A stretch of DNA of 64,000 nucleotides from an uncultured Bacilli bacterium (GCA_944329365.1 CALVIC010000002.1:5062-69061); one strand, 5' to 3'; positions 38,450 through 48,948 are shown, counted from the stretch's first letter. Notes: generated from the letters alone by a model not told the origin. Program-made: numbers and translations.

Positions 38450-39277
38450 CTAATATTTAATACAATCATCAGTAATATATTTGATGATTTTTTTGTTTGT
38501 CTCTCTCGTATAATGAAGTCCATCATCCGTATCAAAATCCAAATCATTATACGCATCACAATAATGTATATTTTTTTTATTATCATTTTTTATATTTTTA
38601 ATAATAGTCTTATTAAAATCTTCAATTTTTTCATTTGTTCTAACATTACCAGGCTCATTTCTTTCCAATAATTTATACCTTATAGGATTAATAGACATAA
38701 TATAAAAATTAATTTGCGGATATTTTTTAGCCAAAGCATCATATATATCATAATATTCATCTGCTCTGTTCTCAGGGTCTAATCCATAATTTAAATCATT
38801 AACACCCATATTAATAACAACATTATATTTGAAATTCTTATCTTTTACATTATTATTAAATTCTGGAAGGGCATTATCTCTAAACCATTCTAATGTTTTA
38901 CCACTTTTTGCAATAAAAACCATATTATAAGGCACTTGAATTTCTTTATCGTCAACAATAAATTCCATTCTAGAATCTCCGATTATAATATTTTTGGTAT
39001 CACTATGAACTTTATCAAAAGAATTCATACATCCATAAAAGTTATCTTTGTGAAGTAAAATTTCAAAATTTCCACCAAAAAAAATCAAAAAACATATAGA
39101 TGTTGTAAAGATTAAAAATTTTTTTAATTTTTTTAATCCAATAGAATTAAAAAATTGTTTATATTGTAATAAAATCAAAAAAATAATACACAAAAAAATT
39201 GCTATATAACATATAATATCTAATACAACACTATTAGAAAAGAAAAACAGAAAATTGTCTTTGCATATCTTTCCCAT
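38450..39277 (-). CDS. SGNH/GDSL-type hydrolase, membrane anchored
   Basis: Block I IIIGDSRMEF, block III GVNDL, block V DDGLHYT. Two N-terminal TM segments. Confidence 0.75.
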   Translation of the reverse strand: MGKICKDNFLFFFSNSVVLDIICYIAIFLCIIFLILLQYKQFFNSIGLKKLKKFLIFTTSICFLIFFGGNFEILLHKDNFYGCMNSFDKVHSDTKNIIIGDSRMEFIVDDKEIQVPYNMVFIAKSGKTLEWFRDNALPEFNNNVKDKNFKYNVVINMGVNDLNYGLDPENRADEYYDIYDALAKKYPQINFYIMSINPIRYKLLERNEPGNVRTNEKIEDFNKTIIKNIKNDNKKNIHYCDAYNDLDFDTDDGLHYTRETNKKIIKYITDDCIKY

Positions 39278-39417
39278 CTAAAATCACCATGAATATAATA
39301 TCACATAGTATCAACAAAATAAAGCTCAAAATCAAATTTTACCATTTTTTATCACTAATTATTTTAAAACATAATTACATAATAATAATGTAGTCTGAAT
39401 AAATAGGAGATGATTTT

Positions 39418-40401
39418 TTGTTTAAAAAAATTATCATCGCACTTCTTTTAATGTTTATTATTCCTATAAATGCCGTAGCTTATTCAGATAAAATTATCGC
39501 AGGTGGTGAAAACATTGGAATAACTTTAAATTTCAGAGGAGTATTAATAGTTGGATCTTACAATGTAAACGGTGAAAATTTAGCAAAAAAAGCAAATTTA
39601 AAAAACGGTGATATAATAACCAAAATAAATAATAATCAAATAAATAACATTGATGAAATGGCAGAACAAATCAATGAGGTAGCAGAAAATAATTTACCAA
39701 TTAAAATTACTTTTGTAAGAAATAATGAAGAAAAAAATACAACTTTAAATTTAACAAAAGATGAAAATGGAATATATAAAACTGGACTATATGTTAAAGA
39801 TAGCATCAGTGGAATTGGTACACTTACCTTTATTGACCCAATCACAAAAAATTTTGGAGCTTTAGGACACGAAATTGAAGAACAATCAACTGGAAAATTA
39901 TTAGAAATAAAAGATGGAAAAATCTTTGAATCAAAAGTAACTGGAATAATTCCAAGCACAGATGGTTCACCCGGCGAAAAAAAAGCAGAATATAATCCTA
40001 ACAAGATTGAAGGAACAGTTAAAGAAAATACAACTCAAGGTGTATTTGGAAAATATGAACGTGATATATCAAACAGAAAAACATATAAAGTAGCAAAAAA
40101 AGATGATGTTAAAACAGGAGAAGCTAAAATATTAACTGTTCTAAATGATAATGATATTAAAGAATATAATATCAAGATTATTCAAATAAATAACACTGAA
40201 TCAAAAAATAAAAATTTTATCTTTGAAATAACAGATAAAGTATTAAAAGATAAAACAAACGGAATAATTCAAGGAATGAGTGGTTCACCAATTATTCAAG
40301 GGGATTATATTGTGGGAGCAGTAACTCACGTTGTTGTAGATAACCCGTTAAAAGGCTATGGTATATTTATTACTAATATGTTAGAAGAAGCAGAAAATTA
40401 A
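39418..40401 (+). CDS. spoIVB: SpoIVB peptidase (S55 sporulation signalling protease)
   Basis: PDZ NLKNGDIITKINN, GTLTFIDP...GALGHEI (His) and GMSGSPIIQGDYIVGAVTHV (Ser). TTG start with AGGAGA Shine-Dalgarno. Confidence 0.9.
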   Translation: MFKKIIIALLLMFIIPINAVAYSDKIIAGGENIGITLNFRGVLIVGSYNVNGENLAKKANLKNGDIITKINNNQINNIDEMAEQINEVAENNLPIKITFVRNNEEKNTTLNLTKDENGIYKTGLYVKDSISGIGTLTFIDPITKNFGALGHEIEEQSTGKLLEIKDGKIFESKVTGIIPSTDGSPGEKKAEYNPNKIEGTVKENTTQGVFGKYERDISNRKTYKVAKKDDVKTGEAKILTVLNDNDIKEYNIKIIQINNTESKNKNFIFEITDKVLKDKTNGIIQGMSGSPIIQGDYIVGAVTHVVVDNPLKGYGIFITNMLEEAEN

Positions 40402-40434
40402 AAACTGTTAGGATTTATCTCTTAACAGTTTTTA
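40402..40434. terminator. bidirectional stem-loop between spoIVB and the glycan locus end
   Basis: aaactgtta ... taacagttt (9 bp) with flanking T/A runs. Confidence 0.55.
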
Positions 40435-41863
40435 TATATTTACGCTTCTTATTTTTCTTTTCAATATTCTCTACACATTTATTTAAAATAAACCTATTAT
40501 AAATATACCACATTCCATAACCAGCTAAAATAAATATAGCAACCCTTGGTGTATATGTATATCTATTCATAATCTCGATAAATAAATAAACAATAAAATA
40601 TCCACATAAAAGTATTATATATAAATTAGTTCTTTTATCAAACTTAGATTTAATTAATCTAAAAAGTCCAACCATCGCAAGACCAAATGTCAATAAATAA
40701 ACCTGGTTATTATATAAATTCATAATCTCATTAACTTTTGTACCATAAATTTCATGTGAAAATATCTTTAAATTTTGACTATATAAATAATTATTAGACC
40801 AATATAAATCATTGCCAAGCCAAAACATTCTAGCTTTACTTAAAAGTAAATGAGCAAATTGTCCGGGATTTTCAATAGTCCTCTCCTTAATCACCTCAAG
40901 TTCCTTCTTAGGATGATCAAGATAAGTTAAATCATCTTTTAAAGAATATTGTCCATTACTTTCATAATTAGTACCTAAAACAAACTTCCATAAAGGATCT
41001 TTATTTCCTAAGCCACTTTTACTTATTCCCGTAAGCTCAAAAGTTAAAGAAACACCTTTGGTAATTATCAAATAGCTAACTAAAACAAATAAAATTTTCT
41101 TCACTATATCTTTAAGTTTTTCATCTTTATAACACAAAAATATAAAATAACAAATTATTGCTAAAATAAATATAATACCTTCAGGTCTCATGATATTTCC
41201 AATTCCAATAAATATTCCTATCAATGAATACCTTAAAATAAAATTCATTTTATCAAATCTTGAAGAAATTATCATATAAAAAGCTAAGAAAAATAAAAAA
41301 GTAGGAATATGCTGATTAGTTAAAACCGTTGTAAGCATAACCGGCATTAAATAAAAACAATAAAGTAAACTACAAAATCTTGCAGTCTTTTCATTAATTA
41401 ATTCTTTAATTGTTAAATACATGATAACTGTTGTTCCCGTTAAAGCTAAACAATTAATAAATTTAAGTAAAAAAACACTATCACAAAGTTTTAAAATAAC
41501 AGCTTGATAAAATATATGGCCAGTTTGATAACCCCATCTTATAATATAATCCCAATTTGTATAATCAAAATTACCTGACGCTAACATTTTAGCTGCATCA
41601 TACATTGTTTTAAAATCTGACTCAATCGGTGGATTAAAAATTAAAATAACTCCAAGTTTTGAGATCAAAGAAAAACCTAATAAAAAATATACAAATTTAG
41701 GAATATTTACCTTGAAAGATAAAACATAAATCAAAATTAAAGTTAAAATAATATAAATATAACTATTTACACTCAAATAAACAAGTGTCGCAATACTTAA
41801 TAAAAATAATAAAATAAATTTAGGATAACTTGTTATTTTTAATTTATCAAAAAAATTTGTCAT
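40415..41863 (-). CDS. polytopic membrane protein, GT-C-like (PMT/ArnT-type) glycosyltransferase candidate
   Basis: About 12 TM. First loop PPIESDFKTMYDAAKMLASG (acidic motif after the early TMs). The track start at 41893 (ATGA overlap) is also possible; ATG41863 has the GAGAGGAGTAGGAGA Shine-Dalgarno. Confidence 0.5.
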   Translation of the reverse strand: MTNFFDKLKITSYPKFILLFLLSIATLVYLSVNSYIYIILTLILIYVLSFKVNIPKFVYFLLGFSLISKLGVILIFNPPIESDFKTMYDAAKMLASGNFDYTNWDYIIRWGYQTGHIFYQAVILKLCDSVFLLKFINCLALTGTTVIMYLTIKELINEKTARFCSLLYCFYLMPVMLTTVLTNQHIPTFLFFLAFYMIISSRFDKMNFILRYSLIGIFIGIGNIMRPEGIIFILAIICYFIFLCYKDEKLKDIVKKILFVLVSYLIITKGVSLTFELTGISKSGLGNKDPLWKFVLGTNYESNGQYSLKDDLTYLDHPKKELEVIKERTIENPGQFAHLLLSKARMFWLGNDLYWSNNYLYSQNLKIFSHEIYGTKVNEIMNLYNNQVYLLTFGLAMVGLFRLIKSKFDKRTNLYIILLCGYFIVYLFIEIMNRYTYTPRVAIFILAGYGMWYIYNRFILNKCVENIEKKNKKRKYIKTVKR

Positions 41864-41889
41864 AATTCTCCTACTCCTCTCTAAATAAA

Positions 41890-43215
41890 TCATTCACTTT
41901 TAAGTGTAATCTTATCCATTCCATAATAACCAGCAACATTAAAATTAGGCCAGTCTTCAGCATTCTTATTCAAATCGACTCCTCCATAACATGGATTATG
42001 TGGATCTTTGGCATAATAAGGTTCAACTTCCGCATCAAAAATTCCCTTATCTTTTAATTCATCAAAATAATTGATTCGGTTTATCCATGTATTTCTAAGT
42101 TCTTTAATATCATTAAATCCAACTAAATAACTAGAAACATATATTATTGAAGCAATTACAATAACATCACCCATTATAAACTTAAAAATTCTTTCCAAAT
42201 CAACTAACTGATAAAGCAAAATCATCGCAGCTATTATTGCAAATGTAATTACACCAAACCAAGCTCTAGCCGGAAAAGTTGGTGATAAGACCATCGCATA
42301 TACAGTTAAAATTGAACCAGCTAAAAATACAATTGACATTAAATCATATTTTTTCTTTTTATAAATATAAATACTAATTAAAATCACTATTCCAATAAGT
42401 AATGGCAAACAATAATCAACAAAACTAATAGTATCATCAATTATTCTTTTTAAAAGTTTAATCATTAACGATGACTCATCACTCATCGAAGACTCTCTCA
42501 CAAAATTTCCTGGTGCCACAATCAAAATAATAAAACCTAAAATCGTTCCAATAAGGCCACTAATTTTATAACCTAAAATTTTAATATGTTTTTGATATTT
42601 ATCGGTAAGCATAATACCAACCAAAATAACTATTAAACCAAAAGCCGTATTTTCGTTCGTCCAGCCTGCAATAATTCCGAATAAGAACATTAAAATCATT
42701 TTTAAAGCTGAATTTTTCTTTGAGTGTTTTCGGAAAAACCATAAAAATAACAAAATAAAGAACATTGTCCATAAATAATTACAAGAACCAACTAACCATA
42801 AACAAGTTTGTCCAAAAACCGGTTGTAAGAACCACAAACAAAAATGAATTGCAAGTAAAAAAAGTGGTTTATCTTTTTTGTTATCGCCTTTTACATTTAA
42901 ATAAATCAAATATACAACCAAAGTATAAACAATTGAATTAAAAACATTAAAAACATCCTTAGGAAAAATCAAAAAAGTTTGAGCAATCGCATGAGCAATA
43001 ACCCTACCACCCCAATTAAAATAATGCCATAATTGATAATTAAAAACATCAATTAAATTAACAATTCTCTCATTGTTTAATTTAAAAGAATATGAATAAT
43101 CATCTGCAATCAATGGAGTAAACATATTCAAAATTAACATCATCAAAAAAATTCCTAATAAAATTAAAATAATTTGATTTTTCTTAGACATTATAAAACT
43201 TTTTATTTTCTTCAT
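41890..43215 (-). CDS. polytopic membrane protein, GT-C-like (DUF6056-type) glycosyltransferase candidate
   Basis: 441 aa, about 11 TM. PLIADDYSYSF lies directly after TM1, matching the acidic first-loop motif of GT-C enzymes that use polyprenyl-P-sugars. Confidence 0.55.
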   Translation of the reverse strand: MKKIKSFIMSKKNQIILILLGIFLMMLILNMFTPLIADDYSYSFKLNNERIVNLIDVFNYQLWHYFNWGGRVIAHAIAQTFLIFPKDVFNVFNSIVYTLVVYLIYLNVKGDNKKDKPLFLLAIHFCLWFLQPVFGQTCLWLVGSCNYLWTMFFILLFLWFFRKHSKKNSALKMILMFLFGIIAGWTNENTAFGLIVILVGIMLTDKYQKHIKILGYKISGLIGTILGFIILIVAPGNFVRESSMSDESSLMIKLLKRIIDDTISFVDYCLPLLIGIVILISIYIYKKKKYDLMSIVFLAGSILTVYAMVLSPTFPARAWFGVITFAIIAAMILLYQLVDLERIFKFIMGDVIVIASIIYVSSYLVGFNDIKELRNTWINRINYFDELKDKGIFDAEVEPYYAKDPHNPCYGGVDLNKNAEDWPNFNVAGYYGMDKITLKSE

Positions 43216-43279
43216 AATCTAACATCCTTACTAAACTATACTTCATTATATCATATATTTAAAACAGAAAAAAACCTGT

Positions 43280-44332
43280 TTAAAAGATCTTTCTAAAAAT
43301 AGGAATTTTTCGTATTAAATAAAATACTATGGTTAAAATAAAAATAATTAATGATATCAAGCAAACAGTTCCTAAAAGTGGATTAAAATTAAATATATTC
43401 ATCATAAACGGAAGCTTATGAATTTCTTCCACAAGCGGAACATGAAACAAATAAATACCAAAACCAGACAAACTAATAGTAGTAATTAATTTTACTAATA
43501 ACTCATTTTTTATTCCTTTTGAAAAATAATATTTAAACGAAATAAATACACACATTGAAGCTATAGAAATTGGAAAATAAGAATATTCTAAAGGAAAATA
43601 TCCGGGGTCACCCATTCTCCTACTAAAAAATAGTAAATATAAAGTACAAAAAATCATTGAAACAAAATAAATAATTATACTTATCAAATTTTCTTTCCTC
43701 GAAATATCTTTTTTGCTAATGTAGTATCCAAAAACATAATACCCTACTCCAATAGAAAACAAAGAAGTAGTTAAATTACTATTAACCCCATCACTAGTTC
43801 CTAAAAAAGCCGAAGTAAAAGTAGGTAAACTGTTAAAAATGCTAACTAAAATTATGAATAAAAATATAAAAAACTTATAATCCTTATCTTTAAAAGATTT
43901 AATCATTTTCTGTAAAAAAGGAGTCATAATATAAAGAGCAATAAGTAAATATATATACCATCCCCAATAAGGAATATAATCATAATTTTTCCCGTCAACT
44001 TCACCTTCAAAAATTCTCAGAAAAACGCTTATTGGGTTATTTCCTTTATATAAACAGTAAATAATTGAGGCTATCAAAAAAGCAATTACAACTCTGGGAA
44101 TTCTTTTAGTAAAAATTTCCTTATAACTACTTTTCCGTCCAAGCATTAATGCCCCTGTTACCATTATAAAAATCGGTACAGCCGGCTTCACTATAGAAAA
44201 AAGTAAAAATCTTACTGTTATATAAAAATCATTACTTGCCGGAATAAACCAGTACATATGATTAAAAATAACTCCATCAACCGCAATAACTTTAAGTATA
44301 TCTAAATATAAAATTCTCTTATCTTTTGTCAT
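43280..44332 (-). CDS. acyltransferase family 3 (O-acyltransferase)
   Basis: 350 aa, 10 TM. N-terminal LDILKVIAVDGVIFNH and VPIFIMVTGALM motifs. Confidence 0.8.
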   Translation of the reverse strand: MTKDKRILYLDILKVIAVDGVIFNHMYWFIPASNDFYITVRFLLFSIVKPAVPIFIMVTGALMLGRKSSYKEIFTKRIPRVVIAFLIASIIYCLYKGNNPISVFLRIFEGEVDGKNYDYIPYWGWYIYLLIALYIMTPFLQKMIKSFKDKDYKFFIFLFIILVSIFNSLPTFTSAFLGTSDGVNSNLTTSLFSIGVGYYVFGYYISKKDISRKENLISIIIYFVSMIFCTLYLLFFSRRMGDPGYFPLEYSYFPISIASMCVFISFKYYFSKGIKNELLVKLITTISLSGFGIYLFHVPLVEEIHKLPFMMNIFNFNPLLGTVCLISLIIFILTIVFYLIRKIPIFRKIF

Positions 44333-44352
44333 AGCTTACCACAATCCTTAAA

Positions 44353-46923
44353 TCATAAGTTCTCTTTTAACATCTTATTCCAAATTTTAACAACTTCTTT
44401 TTTACTAAACTTCTCAGACGTTTTAACTGCTTCTTTTCCCATTTTTCTGCGAAGATCATCGTCCATTAATATCTTATCAACATCTTTTATAAACATCTTT
44501 GAATCTCTATTTTCTATAATAAAACCATTAATCCCATCTTTAACAATATCACCAGTCCCTGATGCAGTTTTATAAACTATACAAGGAACCCCATAACTCA
44601 TTGCTTCAAGCAAAACCATTGGAAGTCCTTCTGTAACTGAAGCCATCAAAAAGCACGAAGAATCAAGCATATGTTTTTTTATTTCATCTTGATTTAAATA
44701 ACCAAGCATATGTACTCTTTTCTCAAGCTTTAAATCAGCAATTTGCTTTTTTAAAGCTTCATACTCTGCCCCATCACCAATAATATAAAGTTGAGCCTTT
44801 TTATTTTTTATTTTAGAAAAATTATCGATAATTTCATTATTTCTTTTCCCATAATCTAATCTACTCACAGTTATTAAATTAGGTTTACTTAAAGAACTAT
44901 GTTCCAAAGAGAGTTCTGATAGCATATTGGGTAGTAAAACAACCTTAGTATGATTGTTAAACTTTAAAAATTTCTTGTAATCATCATAAAGTGTTGTTGT
45001 TAATGCACACAAATAATCAATTCCAAGATATTTTTCTTTAATCTTTCTAATATATTTTTTATTATTGTTGTGATAACAATGTTCTTGAGCAATATTTAAT
45101 GTTTCAACGTTTCCATACTTGCTAAGTAAAGTGCTTATTTCAACTCTAGTTGAAACAATCGCTCCTTTTTTAGTGTTTTTTATTTCTTTTATCATTAAAA
45201 TACGCTTTAAAATCAAAATTTTTAAAGCTTTAATGCCTTCTTTAAAAGCTTTAATAAATTTTTTATTATGCAAAAATTCCTTAAATTCTTTTCTATTTGG
45301 TTCACCACCATATAGGAATTTAACCTTAACATTCTTATTAAGCTTATTATCTTGACTGTTTTTTAATTTATAAAACGCCACAATTTCAACATTATAATCT
45401 TTAGAAAGCGCATTCGCACTATTTATAGTCGCACTCTCAATTCCGCCATATCCTAAATGAAGGGATAAAAATTTAACATCAGAAATTTTTTCTTTTTTTT
45501 CATTACTTATAGTATCCATCTTTAATAAAAGCATAGTCATAATTACCGCAAGGAATATAGAAAAATTAGTATAAATATAAGTGTAACCCGCATAAATACT
45601 AATGCAGAAGAATATTCCAAGACCCATAAATAACATTGCAAATTCTAAATCTAATTTCTTAAATTTTGTAAATATAAATTTAATACATTTTCCAAAAATC
45701 CATATTGGAATAATTAAGAATAATATAAATCCAAAAATTCCAAAATTAAATATAGCCATAAAGAAATCTCGTTCTAATGCAAATGAAGCATCTTGATTTA
45801 AAAAGCCTAAACCCAATAATTTATATTGAACATCAGCAATTTTATATTTATAGGCAGAATAAACAAGTTGCTTTGCTCTTGTATCTGATGGATGCACTTT
45901 ATGAGCATAAAATTGATTTTCTAAATATTTACTAGCTTCTTTCCCCCAATTACGATATTTTTTAACATATGACAAATTTTTATCAGGATTATCTTTTATA
46001 ATCTTATCATAATCAATATCTTTCTTTCCACTTTCTTTCGATAGGTCATACATCTCCGCTTCAATAGCCGCATTCTTATTATTAATATCTGTATTATAAG
46101 CAACTGGAGTATACTGGTAAGTAACTAACATAACAATAACACCTAAACAAGCAATAGCTATATTGAACCTACTTACCGCACCAATATTTTTATGGAAAAA
46201 TTTAAAGAATAAAAGCAATATAACATAACAAACAAGTACAATTAAAACAATAAAATATGGAACCTTAGTACCAAGAAGTGATACAAATAAAATGGCTAAA
46301 GCTAAATACAAAAATCTAATTATTCTAAATCTTGATGGTTTTAAAATAACATAAAGTATCACTGGAAAACAAGTAGAAAAAGCATGGCCTAATATTTGAC
46401 CAGAATCAAACCAGCCTTTAAATCCTTTTTTATATTTATCTGCATACTCATAAGTCCTTCCAGACGTGCCTGTAATAATAGATAAAAAATATAAAACTAA
46501 ATATATACCAAACGTAATTACTAAAGTATATTTAAGTTCTCTAAGCATTCTTTTCTTATCACTTGACCAATAATAAATAGTAAATAAATCAAAGCACATA
46601 GCAATCATGTAAGCAATATTTATAATAAATCTAAACTCATGTAAAATTATGTCTTTTCCAAGCAATAATTGATAAAGTAAATACAAATGACCCACTGTAA
46701 ATAAAGCAAACAGTACCACATAAATAATCCACTTTCGCTTAAATGGGGAATATTTAAATAACAAATAAGCTGCTAAGCCAAACACAAAAAGAGGTTTAAC
46801 ATAAGTTGAAATATTGGGGATAATATCTAAAATAGCAAGTCTTGACAAAACATCAAGTACTGGCTGAACTAAAATAAATATAAGCAAAATTCTTAAAATT
46901 ATTCGTTGTTTTTTTTCTGTCAT
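44353..46923 (-). CDS. fusion protein: O-antigen polymerase/ligase-like (Wzy-type) membrane domain + C-terminal GT4 glycosyltransferase
   Basis: 856 aa. Residues 1 to about 470 form 10+ TM segments with a large loop. Residues from about 480 onward are GT-B/GT4, with GGIESATIN at the domain start and the EX7E region TEGLPMVLLEAMSYGVPCIV. Confidence 0.7.
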   Translation of the reverse strand: MTEKKQRIILRILLIFILVQPVLDVLSRLAILDIIPNISTYVKPLFVFGLAAYLLFKYSPFKRKWIIYVVLFALFTVGHLYLLYQLLLGKDIILHEFRFIINIAYMIAMCFDLFTIYYWSSDKKRMLRELKYTLVITFGIYLVLYFLSIITGTSGRTYEYADKYKKGFKGWFDSGQILGHAFSTCFPVILYVILKPSRFRIIRFLYLALAILFVSLLGTKVPYFIVLIVLVCYVILLLFFKFFHKNIGAVSRFNIAIACLGVIVMLVTYQYTPVAYNTDINNKNAAIEAEMYDLSKESGKKDIDYDKIIKDNPDKNLSYVKKYRNWGKEASKYLENQFYAHKVHPSDTRAKQLVYSAYKYKIADVQYKLLGLGFLNQDASFALERDFFMAIFNFGIFGFILFLIIPIWIFGKCIKFIFTKFKKLDLEFAMLFMGLGIFFCISIYAGYTYIYTNFSIFLAVIMTMLLLKMDTISNEKKEKISDVKFLSLHLGYGGIESATINSANALSKDYNVEIVAFYKLKNSQDNKLNKNVKVKFLYGGEPNRKEFKEFLHNKKFIKAFKEGIKALKILILKRILMIKEIKNTKKGAIVSTRVEISTLLSKYGNVETLNIAQEHCYHNNNKKYIRKIKEKYLGIDYLCALTTTLYDDYKKFLKFNNHTKVVLLPNMLSELSLEHSSLSKPNLITVSRLDYGKRNNEIIDNFSKIKNKKAQLYIIGDGAEYEALKKQIADLKLEKRVHMLGYLNQDEIKKHMLDSSCFLMASVTEGLPMVLLEAMSYGVPCIVYKTASGTGDIVKDGINGFIIENRDSKMFIKDVDKILMDDDLRRKMGKEAVKTSEKFSKKEVVKIWNKMLKENL

Positions 46924-46997
46924 CTAACTACACCTTTCTCTATAATTCAAACATAACCAGTATACTCTATATTAAATTATTTTTCAAATAAAATATC

Positions 46998-48074
46998 TTA
47001 TAAATCAAGTAAATCTAAAATTTGTTTTTTTATATTCTCGTTAGAACCCTTATAATTTTTTAAATTTTCTTTAATATAATCATATTTATGAGGATTTTTT
47101 AAAACATCTTCCAACGCATATTTCATCGAATCATCATTATTAGGAATGATTACCCCATATTTATCTCCATCAAACATTTCTCGCATACCTGCAACATCTG
47201 TCGTTATTATTACTTTTTTTAATAATAAAGCTTCAAGTGCCGCTATACAGTAACCCTCCATATAACTTGATAGTACAAAAAAATCTGCATTTTTCATATA
47301 AGGATAAGGATTAGTTTTAAGTCCCATCATCGAAACAACATCAGAAACATCATATTCGTCAATCATTTTCTTAACCTCATCAAAAAGTGGACCTGTTCCA
47401 ATAAATTGAATTTCAAAATCATATCCTTTATCTTTTAAATATCTAGCCGCTTTTATAAGCCTATCATGCCTTTTTTGCTTTCTCATCGCCGCAACATTCA
47501 CAAAAGTCATTTTACTTTTTGAAAGTTTAATCTCATTAGCTTTTTTCAGTATCTCTTTTTCATTAATATAATTATAAATAACACTTACTTTTTCTGAATC
47601 TAAATTATATTTTTTGCACAAATTAACTTTATTATCATCAGAAACACAAATTATATAATCTATTTTTTTATAAGTATCTTTTGCCTCTTTATCAGAAATA
47701 CCAATGTCAAATTTAAAAACATCATTATGAACCCAAGCAATTTTTTTTATTTTCTTTTTTATATCAGCTACCCAAGTTCCACATCTGCCTTCGAGATAAC
47801 CAATTACAACATTATAATCTTTTTTATTTGCAATTCTATTAATAACACTCTTTCTATATAATGGGCAAAATCTAAATAAACTATACTGAAAGATGTTCTT
47901 TTTCATCGCATAAACATTAACGTTCTTAGGAATACGTCCTAATAAAGGTCCTTTTTTCTCAAGTAAATATAAATCAATTTCACATTTATCACTCAAAAAA
48001 TTAATGGTATCAACTAAAGCTTTCTCCGCTCCGCCCATTTCTAAAGTATAACCAAAAACAAGTATCTTTTTCAT
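46998..48074 (-). CDS. GT4 (group 1) glycosyltransferase
   Basis: MKKILVFGYTLEMGGAEKA N-terminus and EGYCIAALEALLLKKVIITTD (EX7E). Confidence 0.85.
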   Translation of the reverse strand: MKKILVFGYTLEMGGAEKALVDTINFLSDKCEIDLYLLEKKGPLLGRIPKNVNVYAMKKNIFQYSLFRFCPLYRKSVINRIANKKDYNVVIGYLEGRCGTWVADIKKKIKKIAWVHNDVFKFDIGISDKEAKDTYKKIDYIICVSDDNKVNLCKKYNLDSEKVSVIYNYINEKEILKKANEIKLSKSKMTFVNVAAMRKQKRHDRLIKAARYLKDKGYDFEIQFIGTGPLFDEVKKMIDEYDVSDVVSMMGLKTNPYPYMKNADFFVLSSYMEGYCIAALEALLLKKVIITTDVAGMREMFDGDKYGVIIPNNDDSMKYALEDVLKNPHKYDYIKENLKNYKGSNENIKKQILDLLDL

Positions 48075-48084
48075 AATCACGCCT

Positions 48085-48936
48085 CTATTTCCTAACCTTA
48101 GCTATTAAAAAAACCGGTAAATATAAAATAATAATTAAAAATTTAGCTTTATGATTAAGTAACTTTTTAAAACTAACTTTACCATATATTCCAAAAAGTA
48201 TATAACCATATACATTATAAATCGATTTTTCCAAATTATATAATTCTTTAAAATATAACATATTTCCTAAAGGATTCCTTTTAACTAAAGCAAAATAATT
48301 ATTGGAATATCCCTCATTTAAATATTCCTTTAATGAAGCCATATAATTAATACATTTAAAATCATATTTAAGACTTATTCTGTTAAAAATTAAAGCTTCA
48401 GGTACAAATTTCTCTCCATCAATAATTGGAAAATAAAATTCACGTGCTACTTTAGTTTTCAAAACAATAAGCTTATCTCCTGTAACATGAAGTTTATGAT
48501 AAATATTAAAATAATTTTCAATTAATTCATCATCCGGAAAATTGGTTCCAACAACTTTAGAAGGATTATCTATATATCCTTGTAAATACATAACGCCTCC
48601 AATTTTGTTAGGGAGATTTTCAAAATCTGAAGAAATCTTTTTCAAAACGTTTTCCTTAAATACATCATCTGAATCTATAGCTAAAAAAATATTACCAGAA
48701 GCCAAATCAAGACCTTTATTATATGCTGATGGTTTTCCTCCATTTTCTTTCTTAAAATATTTAATTTTAATTTTATTTTTTTTAATTAAACTATTAACAT
48801 ATTTCTCAGTATCATCTATTGAACCATCATCAACAATTAACCATTCAAAATCATCATAATCTTGATTTAATAAAGACTCATATAATCTTTCAAGTTCTTT
48901 CTTTCGGTTATATGTTGGAGTAAATATTGTAATCAT
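48085..48936 (-). CDS. GT2 glycosyltransferase
   Basis: ITIFTPTYNR...LIVDDGSIDDT...LAIDSDD (DxD). Confidence 0.85.
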   Translation of the reverse strand: MITIFTPTYNRKKELERLYESLLNQDYDDFEWLIVDDGSIDDTEKYVNSLIKKNKIKIKYFKKENGGKPSAYNKGLDLASGNIFLAIDSDDVFKENVLKKISSDFENLPNKIGGVMYLQGYIDNPSKVVGTNFPDDELIENYFNIYHKLHVTGDKLIVLKTKVAREFYFPIIDGEKFVPEALIFNRISLKYDFKCINYMASLKEYLNEGYSNNYFALVKRNPLGNMLYFKELYNLEKSIYNVYGYILFGIYGKVSFKKLLNHKAKFLIIILYLPVFLIAKVRK

Positions 48937-48948
48937 TCTGTCACCTCA

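Noticed and set aside
39278-39417. Search for a forespore (sigma-F/G) promoter and a 35-codon ORF (39290-39397) upstream of spoIVB.
   Set aside because: I could not find a -35/-10 pair with correct spacing that was distinguishable from AT-rich background. The ORF lacks a Shine-Dalgarno and looks like a random open frame.
39636-40004. 122-aa antisense ORF within spoIVB. Similar ORFs occur at 36119-36361, 37438-37656, 45119-45355, 45602-45796, 48542-48859, 52215-52439, 55419-55619, 57339-57626 and 58402-58641.
   Set aside because: They are shadow ORFs opposite well-supported genes, with Ser/Phe/Leu/Ile-rich translations characteristic of the antisense of AT-rich coding sequence.
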